Source: Clostridia bacterium (GTDB lineage: Bacteria; Bacillota; Clostridia; Oscillospirales; Acutalibacteraceae). Taken from it: 64,000 nt of DNA. Each line of letters begins with the position of its first letter. Position 1 is the first letter of the stretch. A program made the position numbers and the translations under genes. The notes below the pieces were generated by a model. The model saw nothing but the letters and a program-made list of their open reading frames with translations. It searched no databases and was not told the origin of the DNA. Location: contig JAFQJL010000021.1 in assembly GCA_017414965.1 (NCBI GenBank), positions 13,886 through 77,885 on the forward strand. Direction: 5' to 3'. Positions 7,548 through 17,460 of this stretch are shown piece by piece.

Positions 7548-10085
7548 ATGAAAGATAGTTTTGCACCGATTCCGTTTTGGTTTCTCAATCATCGGTTGGA
7601 GGAGAGCGAACTTCTCCGCCAATTAAAATTAATGAAAGAAAGCGGCGTAGCCGGTTTCTTTATTCATCCGCGCGCCGGATTGCTGACGCCTTATGCGTCG
7701 TCGGCGTGGTTTGAGCGTGTCCGTTTCATCGTGCAGGAAGCGGCTAAACTGGGGCTGGACGCGTGGCTGTACGATGAGGATCCGTACCCAAGCGGCGCGG
7801 CCGGTGGTCGTCTGACGATGGAAAATCCGGAGTTTATCGCGCGATCGATCTGTTGCCAAATCGTCGAGCCGAACGAGAACGGGATGTTTCGTGCCGATCT
7901 GGGCGAAACCGCACGACTGCTGAAGGCTTTTACGTACGTGCCGGCGGCAGACGGCTCGGTGACAGATCCGATAGACGTTTCCGAAAGCGTGGGTATTCTG
8001 CGGGAAATGTATCACAAATCCAAGTGGCCGAGTTCCTACTACTGCGACTGGATCAAAGAGGTCAAATATCCGCACGAGCGTGCCGAGTCCTTTATTCCGA
8101 AGCTGATTTTTGAACATCCGGCCGAAAGCGGTCGTAAAGCGGTTGTACTTTACACCAAGCTGACAGCGTTCGACGACAAGTACGATTGGGTGCCGGATTG
8201 CTTAAACCGTGCCTGCGTCAAACGTTTCATTGAACTGACCCATGAGAAGTACAAAAAGTGGATGGGGGAGTTTTTTGGAAATGCCATTCCGGGCATTTTT
8301 ACCGACGAATCGTTTGTCGGCGGTTATCCGCCGTGGACCGGCGAATTGGAAGCGGCGTTTGCGCGTTTGCACGGCTATTCTTTAATGGATCGCCTGCATT
8401 TGCTGTGGTTTGCCGGAGAGGAAGCACAGCGGTTTAAGCGCGATTACTGGCGCACGATTCGCCATCTATACCGTGAAAATTTCTTTGGACAGATCACCGA
8501 CTGGTGCAAGCAAAACAATCTGATGCTGGTCGGACATTTGGCAGCGGAAGAAGATCCGTTTGCACATGCGAGCTGCGGTGGCGGCGCCTATGCGCTTATG
8601 GCTCATCTGGACGTTCCTGGTTTTGATATTTTGGGGCAGACGCTGGGAAATCGCGAGCGTCCGGCGCTGTTGTTTGGCGCGCATAGCGTCTGTTCGGCGG
8701 CCCGTCAGCAGGGTAAGAAGCGGGTGCTCTGCGAAAATATGGCGTGCAATCCGTTTTCGTTTGGTCCGCGCGATATGCTTCGTACGACCAACTGGTTGTA
8801 CTCGCAGGGTATCAACTGGCTGTCGCCGCACGGCTTCCATTATTCCTACGACGGCTTCCGCAAGCACGATGCGGGCAAATCCTTCTTTTTCCAAGACGAG
8901 TATTTTGCCGAATTTCCGCGCTATGCGGCGTACGCCGATAAGATGGGACGCCGCTTGTCGGAGGGCGAAGCGATCGGCACCACTGCCTTGTTGCTGCCGT
9001 CTGCGTTGATTGCCGGCTACAAGCCGGTAGAAACGGAAGCGGCTCTGGCGGTACGCACCAGTGTGTTCCGCGCGGTGGCCGAACTGGTTGGTCGCCATAT
9101 CGAATACGAGGTTATTGACGACGAAAAGTTGGAAGAGGCCGTGGCCGCAGACGGCGGTGTAACCGTCGGTTGCCGCCGGTATACGCAAGTACTCATTCCG
9201 TGCGAAACGGCGGATGCGCCGTTGGTCGAGCGCTTGACCGCCGCCGGCGTGCAGGTGTTGTTCGGTGTGGATGGTGCGTTTGATTGGTCGGCGGTTGCTA
9301 AGTGTGCGGTCTGCACGCCGATTACCGGCGAGGGTGCTGTAGATATTCTGGTCAACCGTACTGCACACGAAGGCGGGGACGAGATGTTCTTGTTTAATAA
9401 CGCAGCGACGGTTGCCAACATCGATTTTGACGGTACGTGGGCACTTTGGGATACGGAGGCGGATGCGTGGTATCGCGTCTCCCTGCCGCTTGCCATGTCC
9501 GGCTACGGCGCGTGTTACTTAAAGGCGGTTTCTGCCGCAGAAGCGGCGGCATTGCCACTCGCTCCGGAGACCGAGGCGGTGCCGTACGCGCCGCCGGTGC
9601 AGGAGTGGACCTATCGTCCGGCGGGTGCGCTGGCTGTACTGTCCGAATGGGCGGTGGAGGCGCAAACGGCGGATGGCCGTGCGATCCAGACGACGCACGA
9701 GTTCTGCCGTATCCGCGACGTTGTGGGCACCGAGCTGACGTATATGAAGGAGCGTTTGGTGCGGCCGATCTTTGATGCTGCTCCGCTGACGCCTTCGCCG
9801 TATCCGGCGGCCGTGCGTTATACGACGACCTTCTGCTTGCCGGAGGGGACGACCGGTCGTCGTCGGTTGGTCATCGAAGGCTCGACTTTGCAGGGGGATT
9901 GCCGGCTGACCGTCAACGGACACGCGATCACCGAGTCTGATTTCACACAGACCTTTGTTTACGACGTTACCAATCGCGTTGCGGATATCACCCCGTGGTT
10001 GCAGGAGGGTGACAACGAGGTGTGCGTCGCCTTTGCGGCCGGCGGCGAATTCGACGGCTTGGAAAGTGCCCTGTATATTATGTAA
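7548..10085 (+). CDS. putative glycoside hydrolase (N-terminal TIM-barrel-like region, C-terminal galactose-binding-like domain)
   Basis: N-terminus FWFLNHRL...GVAGFFIHPRAGL...WLYDEDPYPSG resembles uncharacterised GH families. The C-terminus resembles a GH2-type sugar-binding sandwich. The exact family cannot be assigned by eye. Confidence 0.45.
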   Translation: MKDSFAPIPFWFLNHRLEESELLRQLKLMKESGVAGFFIHPRAGLLTPYASSAWFERVRFIVQEAAKLGLDAWLYDEDPYPSGAAGGRLTMENPEFIARSICCQIVEPNENGMFRADLGETARLLKAFTYVPAADGSVTDPIDVSESVGILREMYHKSKWPSSYYCDWIKEVKYPHERAESFIPKLIFEHPAESGRKAVVLYTKLTAFDDKYDWVPDCLNRACVKRFIELTHEKYKKWMGEFFGNAIPGIFTDESFVGGYPPWTGELEAAFARLHGYSLMDRLHLLWFAGEEAQRFKRDYWRTIRHLYRENFFGQITDWCKQNNLMLVGHLAAEEDPFAHASCGGGAYALMAHLDVPGFDILGQTLGNRERPALLFGAHSVCSAARQQGKKRVLCENMACNPFSFGPRDMLRTTNWLYSQGINWLSPHGFHYSYDGFRKHDAGKSFFFQDEYFAEFPRYAAYADKMGRRLSEGEAIGTTALLLPSALIAGYKPVETEAALAVRTSVFRAVAELVGRHIEYEVIDDEKLEEAVAADGGVTVGCRRYTQVLIPCETADAPLVERLTAAGVQVLFGVDGAFDWSAVAKCAVCTPITGEGAVDILVNRTAHEGGDEMFLFNNAATVANIDFDGTWALWDTEADAWYRVSLPLAMSGYGACYLKAVSAAEAAALPLAPETEAVPYAPPVQEWTYRPAGALAVLSEWAVEAQTADGRAIQTTHEFCRIRDVVGTELTYMKERLVRPIFDAAPLTPSPYPAAVRYTTTFCLPEGTTGRRRLVIEGSTLQGDCRLTVNGHAITESDFTQTFVYDVTNRVADITPWLQEGDNEVCVAFAAGGEFDGLESALYIM

Positions 10086-10178
10086 TCAAAAACCGTCTTT
10101 GCCGTATATGCAAGGACGGTTTTTGTTGCTTTTTGGCAGGGGATGTGGTAAGATACAAACAGAAACGAGGTGTCGTCT

Positions 10179-11642
10179 ATGGATATTTCTTTACATGCAG
10201 AAAAACTGGCGATCCGCACGCCGTTTACGCCGGCGCACAATTTGGTGCAGTGCTTCCGCGGCGTCAAGGCGGGACAGTTGGATTATAACTGTCCGGTCGA
10301 TTTCTTAAGCGCCGGTCTGCAACGCGCGACCGAGCCGGATATCTGGCATATGGATATCGTGCTGGCGCTGTGTACCGATGAATCGGCACCGCTTCGCGTC
10401 AATAACGCCTACATCGGCAGCAATCACGGCGAGCCGTGCGGCGTGGCGGTGACGGCGTCTGCTCACGGCAAAACGGTGGCGGACGTTGGCTCGTTGTGGC
10501 AGGATGCGCTTGGTGTCAAATGGACGCTGATGCGTGTGATGTCGCCCGATCGTCTGCTGTTTGTGTCGGAGAATATCGGCGTCAGCGAGACCGACTACGC
10601 CTTTGCGGATAAGATCCACGGCGAACTGGTCTATATCAGCCACGGCGTGCATACGGATGCGGTGACGGTGGAATCGCAGGGGGGATCGGTACAGCTGTAC
10701 CGTGCCGCCCGTTTCTTGAGCCGTGATCTGTATTACTACAAAGAGGGCGTCCGCTATCCCGTTACCGGCTATCACACCGATTGTGACAGCGCGGAGTTGG
10801 TGGAGGAATACGATGTCATCAATCCGGCGACGGTTGCCGAGGCGTTGCGCGCGGCGCGTCCAGAGGACGGATATGCCGCCGAGCCGGATCTGGCGATCGG
10901 TACGCCGATGCTTCGATATCGGATGATCTATCATGTGTTGGGCGACGGCACGGTGCTGTGCGATTTTGAACACACACGCCTGCAAGACGTTACTTGGACC
11001 GAGCATATGGGCTTGATGTATCAGAGCAAATGCGATGTTTACGGAGGCGGTATTTGGCGGTATATCCCTAAAACCAAGCCGTTTGCGCTGGACGGCGAAT
11101 CGTACGACTTCTCCGTGCCGCGCGATACGACGGTGGAGCCGTTCCCGAAATCGCTGAATATGACTGCGGAGCATTGGACCGATCCGGCGTTTCCGCCGGA
11201 TCGACAGATCGACTTTATTCGTCGACCGGACGGTAGCGCCGTGGCGGCGTTTGCCGGCGGCTTCTTGCCGTTGTACGACGGCGATCCGGCGGTGCGCCGC
11301 GAGCATTTGAGCAAATCCTTGTTGCTGATCCGCACGCGCAAAACCTATCCTTACATCGCCAGTGGCGATTATTCGATGGATCGGGTGCGCGGCATCGGTT
11401 ACAAGAAGTATTTTCCGCAGGCCGATCCGCGACATTCGCTGTATAGCGTGGCATGCGACGGCAAGACGTATGTGTACGCGGACTTTTTCGGCAAATCGAA
11501 ATCCGAGGTGGTCTACGATCTGCCGACGGACGTGGAGCCGGAACAGTTGGAACTGGGCGGCGACGTTTCGTGGAAGGTGCGCAAAGGACAGCTTGTCGCC
11601 AGCGGCAAGCGCGGTTATGCGGTGTTTTGCGTAAAATCGTAA
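10179..11642 (+). CDS. hypothetical protein, co-oriented with the GH gene
   Basis: 487-aa ORF with a GAGG RBS before the ATG at 10179. No motif recognised. Confidence 0.5.
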   Translation: MDISLHAEKLAIRTPFTPAHNLVQCFRGVKAGQLDYNCPVDFLSAGLQRATEPDIWHMDIVLALCTDESAPLRVNNAYIGSNHGEPCGVAVTASAHGKTVADVGSLWQDALGVKWTLMRVMSPDRLLFVSENIGVSETDYAFADKIHGELVYISHGVHTDAVTVESQGGSVQLYRAARFLSRDLYYYKEGVRYPVTGYHTDCDSAELVEEYDVINPATVAEALRAARPEDGYAAEPDLAIGTPMLRYRMIYHVLGDGTVLCDFEHTRLQDVTWTEHMGLMYQSKCDVYGGGIWRYIPKTKPFALDGESYDFSVPRDTTVEPFPKSLNMTAEHWTDPAFPPDRQIDFIRRPDGSAVAAFAGGFLPLYDGDPAVRREHLSKSLLLIRTRKTYPYIASGDYSMDRVRGIGYKKYFPQADPRHSLYSVACDGKTYVYADFFGKSKSEVVYDLPTDVEPEQLELGGDVSWKVRKGQLVASGKRGYAVFCVKS

Positions 11643-11837
11643 CCGTCGGGCACACTATTTACCATAAGAGAACCGAACCCCGCATCGCCGCAGAGACGTC
11701 TTTTGGGCGCTTTTTCCGTTTCTTCATTGGGTGGGCGTTAGCCCATCGGCAATCGGAAACGAAAAAATCACACCAAAATCCATTCTCCGCGGCGTTGCGA
11801 GTTCGGCTTTCTTATGGTATACCAAAGGAGTGTTTCG

Positions 11838-12458
11838 ATGTTTTTTGATTGGACGTATTTATGGCTGGTAATGCCGGCGGTTTTGTTTGCTATGTGGGCG
11901 AGCGCGCAGGTCAATAGTACCTTTGCGCGGTACGAGAAACAGTTTTCCATCCGTGCCATTTCCGGTGCACAGGCGGCGCGGATGGTGTTGGATTCCAACG
12001 GACTCAATCACGTGCCGATCGAGATGGTCGCCGGTAAATTGTCCGATCACTACGATCCCAAAGCAAACGTCATTCGGCTGTCGGAAGCGGTGTATCACGG
12101 CACGTCGACAGCGGCTATCGGGGTGGCGTGCCACGAGGTCGGTCACGCGATCCAGCACGCGACCGGCTACACGCCGATCAAGATCCGTACTGCGATCGTA
12201 CCGATCACCAATATCGGCTCGCGGCTGGCATTTCCGCTTTTGCTGATGGGGTTGCTGTTTGGTGCGGTATCCGAATGGGCGTTTGTGCTGGCGTACGTGG
12301 GAATTGCGTGCTTTGCGCTCAGTACCGTGTTTCAGTTGGTGACCTTGCCGACGGAGTTTAACGCCAGTCGGCGCGCGATGGAATCCATCCGAAGCCACCA
12401 GATCCTCTCCGAGGAGGAACTGCAGGGTACGCGCAGGTGCTGTCTGCGGCGGCGCTGA
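11838..12458 (+). CDS. YugP-family zinc metallopeptidase (Zn_peptidase_2); C-terminal frameshift
   Basis: HEVGHAIQH zinc motif and N-terminal TM helix. The expected C-terminal sequence VLSAAALTYVAALAVSLTQLL continues in the +1 frame to 12535. Confidence 0.7.
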   Translation: MFFDWTYLWLVMPAVLFAMWASAQVNSTFARYEKQFSIRAISGAQAARMVLDSNGLNHVPIEMVAGKLSDHYDPKANVIRLSEAVYHGTSTAAIGVACHEVGHAIQHATGYTPIKIRTAIVPITNIGSRLAFPLLLMGLLFGAVSEWAFVLAYVGIACFALSTVFQLVTLPTEFNASRRAMESIRSHQILSEEELQGTRRCCLRRR

Positions 12459-12670
12459 CCTACGTGGCGGCGTTGGCGGTTTCGCTCACGCAATTGCTGC
12501 GATTGTTTTTGCTGGTCAACCGCCGCCGTCGATAATATAACAAGAAATGAGGGAGGAACGACAGTTTCTCCCTTTTGTTTATGTTCGATTTGTCCAAAAT
12601 GTTTCAATCGTCCCTTGTGCCCACAAATAGCAGGTGATATGATAGGGGTTGTGCGAAAGGGGTTGTTACT

Positions 12671-13951
12671 GTGAAAAGGAAACCGGATTATAAATGGTTT
12701 GTCATCGCGATTTGCGTGATGATGATGTTTTTCGGTCTTGGATTTTGCAGTTCCAATAAAGCGATCTATCTATCGGCGATTACCGACGCGCTCGGCTTTA
12801 GCCGCGGCGCCTATTCCATCGGCGATAGTTTTCGCTATCTAACAACGGCGATTCTCAATTTGTTTTTTGGCGCCTTGGTGCATCGGTTCGGCACCAAAAA
12901 GTTGATAGTCGCCGGTATGATATGCTTGGTGGGCTCTTGCGTGTTGGCTGCCGTAGCCAAGCAACTGCCGCTGTTTTATCTCAGCGGTGTTCTGCTGGGC
13001 GCCGGACTTTCGTGGACCACCACCACGATGGTCGGATTGATCGTGCCGCGCTGGGTGAAGAAGAACACCGGCACGGTGATGGGCGTGGTGTTTTGCTCCA
13101 ACGCCGTCGGCGGTGCGGTTGCCGCGCAGATTATGACGCCGATCATTTATCAGGAGAGCACGGCGTTCGGCTATCGCTATTCGTATTGGCTGATTGCGGC
13201 GATTTTGGTGCTGGTTACGCTCTTAATTGTGCTTTTCTACCGCGAAAATCCGCCGCAAAGCACCGATGATCAACCGATGGCCCACAAAAAGAAAACCACG
13301 GCGCTCTGGGTGGGTCTGGACGGACACACCATTCGTAAACGGCCGTACTTTTACATCGTTCTGGCGTGCGTGACCGTCGTCGGTATGATTCTGCAAAACA
13401 TCGGTAGCGCTGTGGTGGCGGATCTGCAGGATATGGGAATTGCCGATGGAATGGTGGCGACGATGGTGAGCATCGGATCGATCGCCTTGGCGCTTGCGAA
13501 ACTGGTGGTTGGTCGCCTGTACGATGTCCGCGGACTTCGCACCAGCGTCAATTTCTGTATGATCTGCGGCGTTTTGGGCATTGCGGTGCTGTTTTTTGTG
13601 AACAACTCGCCGTTTGGTATCGCGATGGGTATTCTTTATAAGATCCTGATCGCCATTGCCTTGCCTATGGATACCATTATGCTGCCGCTGTTGGCCGGTG
13701 GCTTGTTTGGCGACAGATGTTATGTGAAAATACTCGGTTATTTTTCGGCGGTGTACGTGGGTGGCTGCGCGGTCGGTGCGCCGCTTATTCACTGGGTCTA
13801 CGATGCGTTTGGCACCTATATGCCGGCGTATATCGTAGCCGGTGTGTTGCTTCTGGTGGTGCTGTGCATCTATCAATATGTATTCGCGGCCGCCAAAAAG
13901 GATCGTCTCGCTGTTGAAGAGAAGCTGAAGGAAGCGGAAACGACCGTATAA
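12671..13951 (+). CDS. MFS transporter
   Basis: 426 aa with about 12 hydrophobic segments in two halves separated by a charged loop. Confidence 0.7.
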   Translation: MKRKPDYKWFVIAICVMMMFFGLGFCSSNKAIYLSAITDALGFSRGAYSIGDSFRYLTTAILNLFFGALVHRFGTKKLIVAGMICLVGSCVLAAVAKQLPLFYLSGVLLGAGLSWTTTTMVGLIVPRWVKKNTGTVMGVVFCSNAVGGAVAAQIMTPIIYQESTAFGYRYSYWLIAAILVLVTLLIVLFYRENPPQSTDDQPMAHKKKTTALWVGLDGHTIRKRPYFYIVLACVTVVGMILQNIGSAVVADLQDMGIADGMVATMVSIGSIALALAKLVVGRLYDVRGLRTSVNFCMICGVLGIAVLFFVNNSPFGIAMGILYKILIAIALPMDTIMLPLLAGGLFGDRCYVKILGYFSAVYVGGCAVGAPLIHWVYDAFGTYMPAYIVAGVLLLVVLCIYQYVFAAAKKDRLAVEEKLKEAETTV

Positions 13952-13954
13952 ACA

Positions 13955-13988
13955 AAAATCCCGTGGCGGTTGCCACGGGATTTTTTTA
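13955..13988. terminator. bidirectional terminator between convergent genes
   Basis: ATCCCGTGGC-GGTT-GCCACGGGAT hairpin flanked by an A-run and a T-run. Confidence 0.8.
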
Positions 13989-14795
13989 CGGCTGAAACAG
14001 CTTGCGATATTCCGACGGCGTGTAGCCGGTCTTTTGCTTGAACAGGCGGCTGAAATAGCCTTGATCCGCAAATCCGGCAAGCTCGGCGATCTCGCCGACC
14101 GACTCCTGTCCGTAGAGCAGCAATTCCTCGGCTAAGGTGATCCGCCTTGCTACGATAAACTCCTGCGGCGATGCGTTGTAGAGCTTACGGAAACAGCGGC
14201 GAAAATGCACCTCGCTCATACCGGCTTGTGCGGCCAGTGCCGCGACGTTTACCTCGGTGCTGCTGAGATTCTCGGCAATCGAATGCACCAGTTCCTCGAA
14301 GATTTGTCGACGTTTTTGGGGGAGATAGCCGGATACGGTTGATTGCACCAGTTGGGCATACAACTGATACAATAACCCCGTGCACTCGCTTTGATAGGCG
14401 ATACCGCGTGCCGACCATTTCCGGTACAATTTCAAAAACGTTCCTTCCAAGGCGTCGACAGCGGGGAATCGCTGATAAAACGCCGGTTCATCCTCGTCGC
14501 GCTCGAAATGGAAGTAGACGAATATTGTGAGAAAATCCTCGCTGGCGCTTGTTCGGCGGTATACGCTGTTTTTGGAGAGAAAGATGACACCGCCTTTTTG
14601 CAAGGAGACTTCCTTACCGTCAATGTCGTACGTGCATTCGCCACTTAAGACGTACACGAGGAAATCCTCCTTGCGATGAAGCGGGGTGGTGGGGGCGGCC
14701 AGTTCTTCGCGCGTGTAATGGCGCAGAACGACCGACAACAGTTCCCGAATGCGTCGTTCCGGTTGTGTGAGATTTTGTTCGTTCATACGATTCAC
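13986..14795 (-). CDS. AraC family transcriptional regulator
   Basis: N-terminal cupin-like domain plus C-terminal double HTH (GFADQGYFSRLFKQKTGYTPSEYR). Confidence 0.85.
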   Translation of the reverse strand: MNRMNEQNLTQPERRIRELLSVVLRHYTREELAAPTTPLHRKEDFLVYVLSGECTYDIDGKEVSLQKGGVIFLSKNSVYRRTSASEDFLTIFVYFHFERDEDEPAFYQRFPAVDALEGTFLKLYRKWSARGIAYQSECTGLLYQLYAQLVQSTVSGYLPQKRRQIFEELVHSIAENLSSTEVNVAALAAQAGMSEVHFRRCFRKLYNASPQEFIVARRITLAEELLLYGQESVGEIAELAGFADQGYFSRLFKQKTGYTPSEYRKLFQP

Positions 14796-14912
14796 CCCCT
14801 AAATTCAGTATATCACGAATAAGGAAAAGGCGCAAGAATTTTGTTCGAATTGTTCAAAAGAAAAAGGGACGGATACCGTTGTATCCGTCCCTTTTTAAAA
14901 TATGGTCGATGA

Positions 14913-15935
14913 TTAGCGCTGAACACGACCGGAGCCGTCGCCGCCGGCGAGCTTTTCTACTTCCGCCACCGAAACGCGGTTGTAGTCGCCTTCGATCGAA
15001 TGCTTGAGCGCCGAGGCCGCCACCGCGAACTCGATCGCATCCTGCGTGGATTTGCCCGACAGCAGCGAGTAGATCAGACCGCCGCCGAACGAGTCGCCAC
15101 CGCCGACGCGGTCGACAATGTGCAGGTGATAGCTCTTGGAGAAGCAGTAGTTTTCGCCGTCGTACAGCATACCCGCCCAGTCGTTGTCGCTGGCCGAGAT
15201 GGAGGAACGAAGCGTGATCGCCACTTTCTCAAAACCGAATTTGTCCGCCAACTGCTTGGCAACCGACTTGTAACCCTCGTGGTTGAGCTTGCCGCCGTAG
15301 ATATCGGTGCCTTCGGCTTCGATGCCGAACACATCCTTGGCATCCTCTTCGTTGGAGATGCAGACGTCAACGTACTGGCACAGATCGGTCATCGCCGCGC
15401 GCGCTTCGGCACGCGTCCACAGCTTGCCGCGGTAGTTGAGGTCACAGGAGATCTTCACGCCGCGCGCTTTGGCCGCTTTGCAGGCCTCACGGCAGATCTC
15501 GACGAGGTTGGCACCCAGCGCCGGCGTGATACCGGTGAAGTGGAACCAATCCGCGCCCTCAAAGATCGCATCCCAATCAAAATCCGCCGGGTTGGCTTCC
15601 TGAATCGCGGAATGCGCACGGTCGTAGATGCAGACCGATCCGCGCTGAGAAGCACCTTTCTCGAGGTAGTAGATACCCACGCGGTCGCCGCCACGGACGA
15701 TTTTGGAGGTGTCTACGCCAAACGCGCGCAGCGAATCCACCGCGCCCTGACCGATCGCGTGCTTGGGAAGCTTGGTCACGTACACGCTGTCGAAACCGTA
15801 GTTGGCAAGCGATACTGCCACGTTAGCCTCGCCGCCGCCAAAGGTGGCGACAAACTGATCGTTCTGGAAGAAACGATAGTAGCCGGGAGGGGCCAGACGA
15901 AGCATCAACTCACCGAATGTAATTACCTTAGCCAT
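14913..15935 (-). CDS. kdgK: 2-dehydro-3-deoxygluconokinase
   Basis: PfkB-family sugar kinase (GGGEANVA, DRVGGGDSF motifs). Overlaps eda in the hexuronate operon. Confidence 0.85.
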   Translation of the reverse strand: MAKVITFGELMLRLAPPGYYRFFQNDQFVATFGGGEANVAVSLANYGFDSVYVTKLPKHAIGQGAVDSLRAFGVDTSKIVRGGDRVGIYYLEKGASQRGSVCIYDRAHSAIQEANPADFDWDAIFEGADWFHFTGITPALGANLVEICREACKAAKARGVKISCDLNYRGKLWTRAEARAAMTDLCQYVDVCISNEEDAKDVFGIEAEGTDIYGGKLNHEGYKSVAKQLADKFGFEKVAITLRSSISASDNDWAGMLYDGENYCFSKSYHLHIVDRVGGGDSFGGGLIYSLLSGKSTQDAIEFAVAASALKHSIEGDYNRVSVAEVEKLAGGDGSGRVQR

Positions 15936-16575
15936 TGTTACGAGCCTCCTTCACAATTTCAACCGACTGCTTGCACAGTTCGGTAATCTCGTCCCATTTC
16001 TGGTTGTCGATCAAATCAGCGGTCACCATATACGAGCCGCCGCAGGCGCAGATCACCTTGTTGGAGATGTACTCCTTGAGGTTTTTGAGCGAAATACCGC
16101 CGGTGGGCATCACCTTAAACATCGGGAACGGTGCGCTCATCGCCTTGATCTTGGAAAGGCCGCCGGACTGCTCCGCTGGGAAGAACTTGAGCACTTCCAA
16201 ACCGAGCTTGTAAGCGGTGTGATAATCGGTGGGGGTGGTGCAACCCGGATAGATCGGCAGACCTTTCTGCTGGCAATAGACCACCAGATCGGGATCCAAG
16301 CCGGGGGTGACGATAAACTCGGCACCGGCGGCCTGCGCCTTGTCGACCTGCTCAGTGGTCAGCACCGTGCCGGCGCCGACGAGCATTTCGGGGCACGCTT
16401 CTTTCATTAGGCGGATAGCCTCGTCCGCACCGGCGGCACGGAAGGTTACCTCGGCGATCGGCACGCCACCGGCGCACAGCGCCTTGGCAAGCGGAGCCGC
16501 GTCGCGCGCGGGATTGTTCAGCTTGATGACCGGCACAACGCCGATCGCGGATACGCGGTTGTTAATATCAGACAT
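15928..16575 (-). CDS. eda: 2-dehydro-3-deoxyphosphogluconate (KDPG) aldolase
   Basis: 215-aa Eda-family sequence (VPVIKL, EVTFR, GAGTVL, KFFPA motifs). Confidence 0.85.
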   Translation of the reverse strand: MSDINNRVSAIGVVPVIKLNNPARDAAPLAKALCAGGVPIAEVTFRAAGADEAIRLMKEACPEMLVGAGTVLTTEQVDKAQAAGAEFIVTPGLDPDLVVYCQQKGLPIYPGCTTPTDYHTAYKLGLEVLKFFPAEQSGGLSKIKAMSAPFPMFKVMPTGGISLKNLKEYISNKVICACGGSYMVTADLIDNQKWDEITELCKQSVEIVKEARNNG

Positions 16576-16596
16576 AGGGAAAACTCCTTTCAGAAA

Positions 16597-17454
16597 TTAC
16601 ACGCCGGAATACGCGGAGAAGCCGCCGTCGATCGGCAGGACAACGCCGGTGATAAAGCTGGCGGCTTGTTCGTTCAAGAGGAACAGCAGACCGCCTTCCA
16701 GTTCTTCGCTTTCGCCGAAGCGACCCATCGGGGTAGCGGCAAGGATCTTGCCGGTACGCGCGGTGGGGGTGCCGTCTTCGTTAAACAGCAGCTTGGCGTT
16801 TTGCTTGGTGGAGAAGAAGCCCGGCGCGATCGCGTTGACGCGGATGCCGACCTTCGAGAAATGCACCGCCAGCCACTGAGTGAAATTGGAGATAGCGGCC
16901 TTGGCGCCGGAATACGCCGGAATTTTGGTAAGCGGCGTATACGCGTTCATCGAGGAAATGTTTAAGATGTTGCAGCCTTTGCGACCGACCATCTGACGGG
17001 CAAACGCCTGTGTCGGAATCAAGGTACCGAGGAAGTTTAGGTTAAAGACAAAACCCACGCCGGACGCATCCAGATCAAAGAAACTCTTGGTATCGGCGTC
17101 GATGTCGCCCATCTCAAAATACTCTTTGTCGGTGGTGGCTTTCGGGTTGTTGCCGCCGGCGCCGTTGACCAGAATGTCGCAGTTGCCAAGATCCGCCTGC
17201 ACGCGATCGGCGACCGCGTAGCAGATGTCCTTGTCCAACACGTTGCAAGCGTAAGCCTTGGCGACGCCGCCCTCGGCGACGATCTCCGCCGCATACGCGG
17301 CTGCGGCTTCCTCGTTGAGGTCAAGCAGCGCTACCTTGGCGCCGGCACGAGCCAGCACCTTAGCGAAGTGACTGCACAAAACGCCGCCGGCGCCGGTTAC
17401 AACGGCAACCTTGCCGGACAGATCGGTGTTAATTACGTTTTGAATCATAGCCAA
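16597..17454 (-). CDS. SDR family oxidoreductase, probable mannonate/fructuronate oxidoreductase
   Basis: TGAGGVLC Rossmann motif and YSGAK catalytic motif. Position between uxuA and eda. Confidence 0.65.
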   Translation of the reverse strand: MAMIQNVINTDLSGKVAVVTGAGGVLCSHFAKVLARAGAKVALLDLNEEAAAAYAAEIVAEGGVAKAYACNVLDKDICYAVADRVQADLGNCDILVNGAGGNNPKATTDKEYFEMGDIDADTKSFFDLDASGVGFVFNLNFLGTLIPTQAFARQMVGRKGCNILNISSMNAYTPLTKIPAYSGAKAAISNFTQWLAVHFSKVGIRVNAIAPGFFSTKQNAKLLFNEDGTPTARTGKILAATPMGRFGESEELEGGLLFLLNEQAASFITGVVLPIDGGFSAYSGV

Positions 17455-17460
17455 TCCTCC

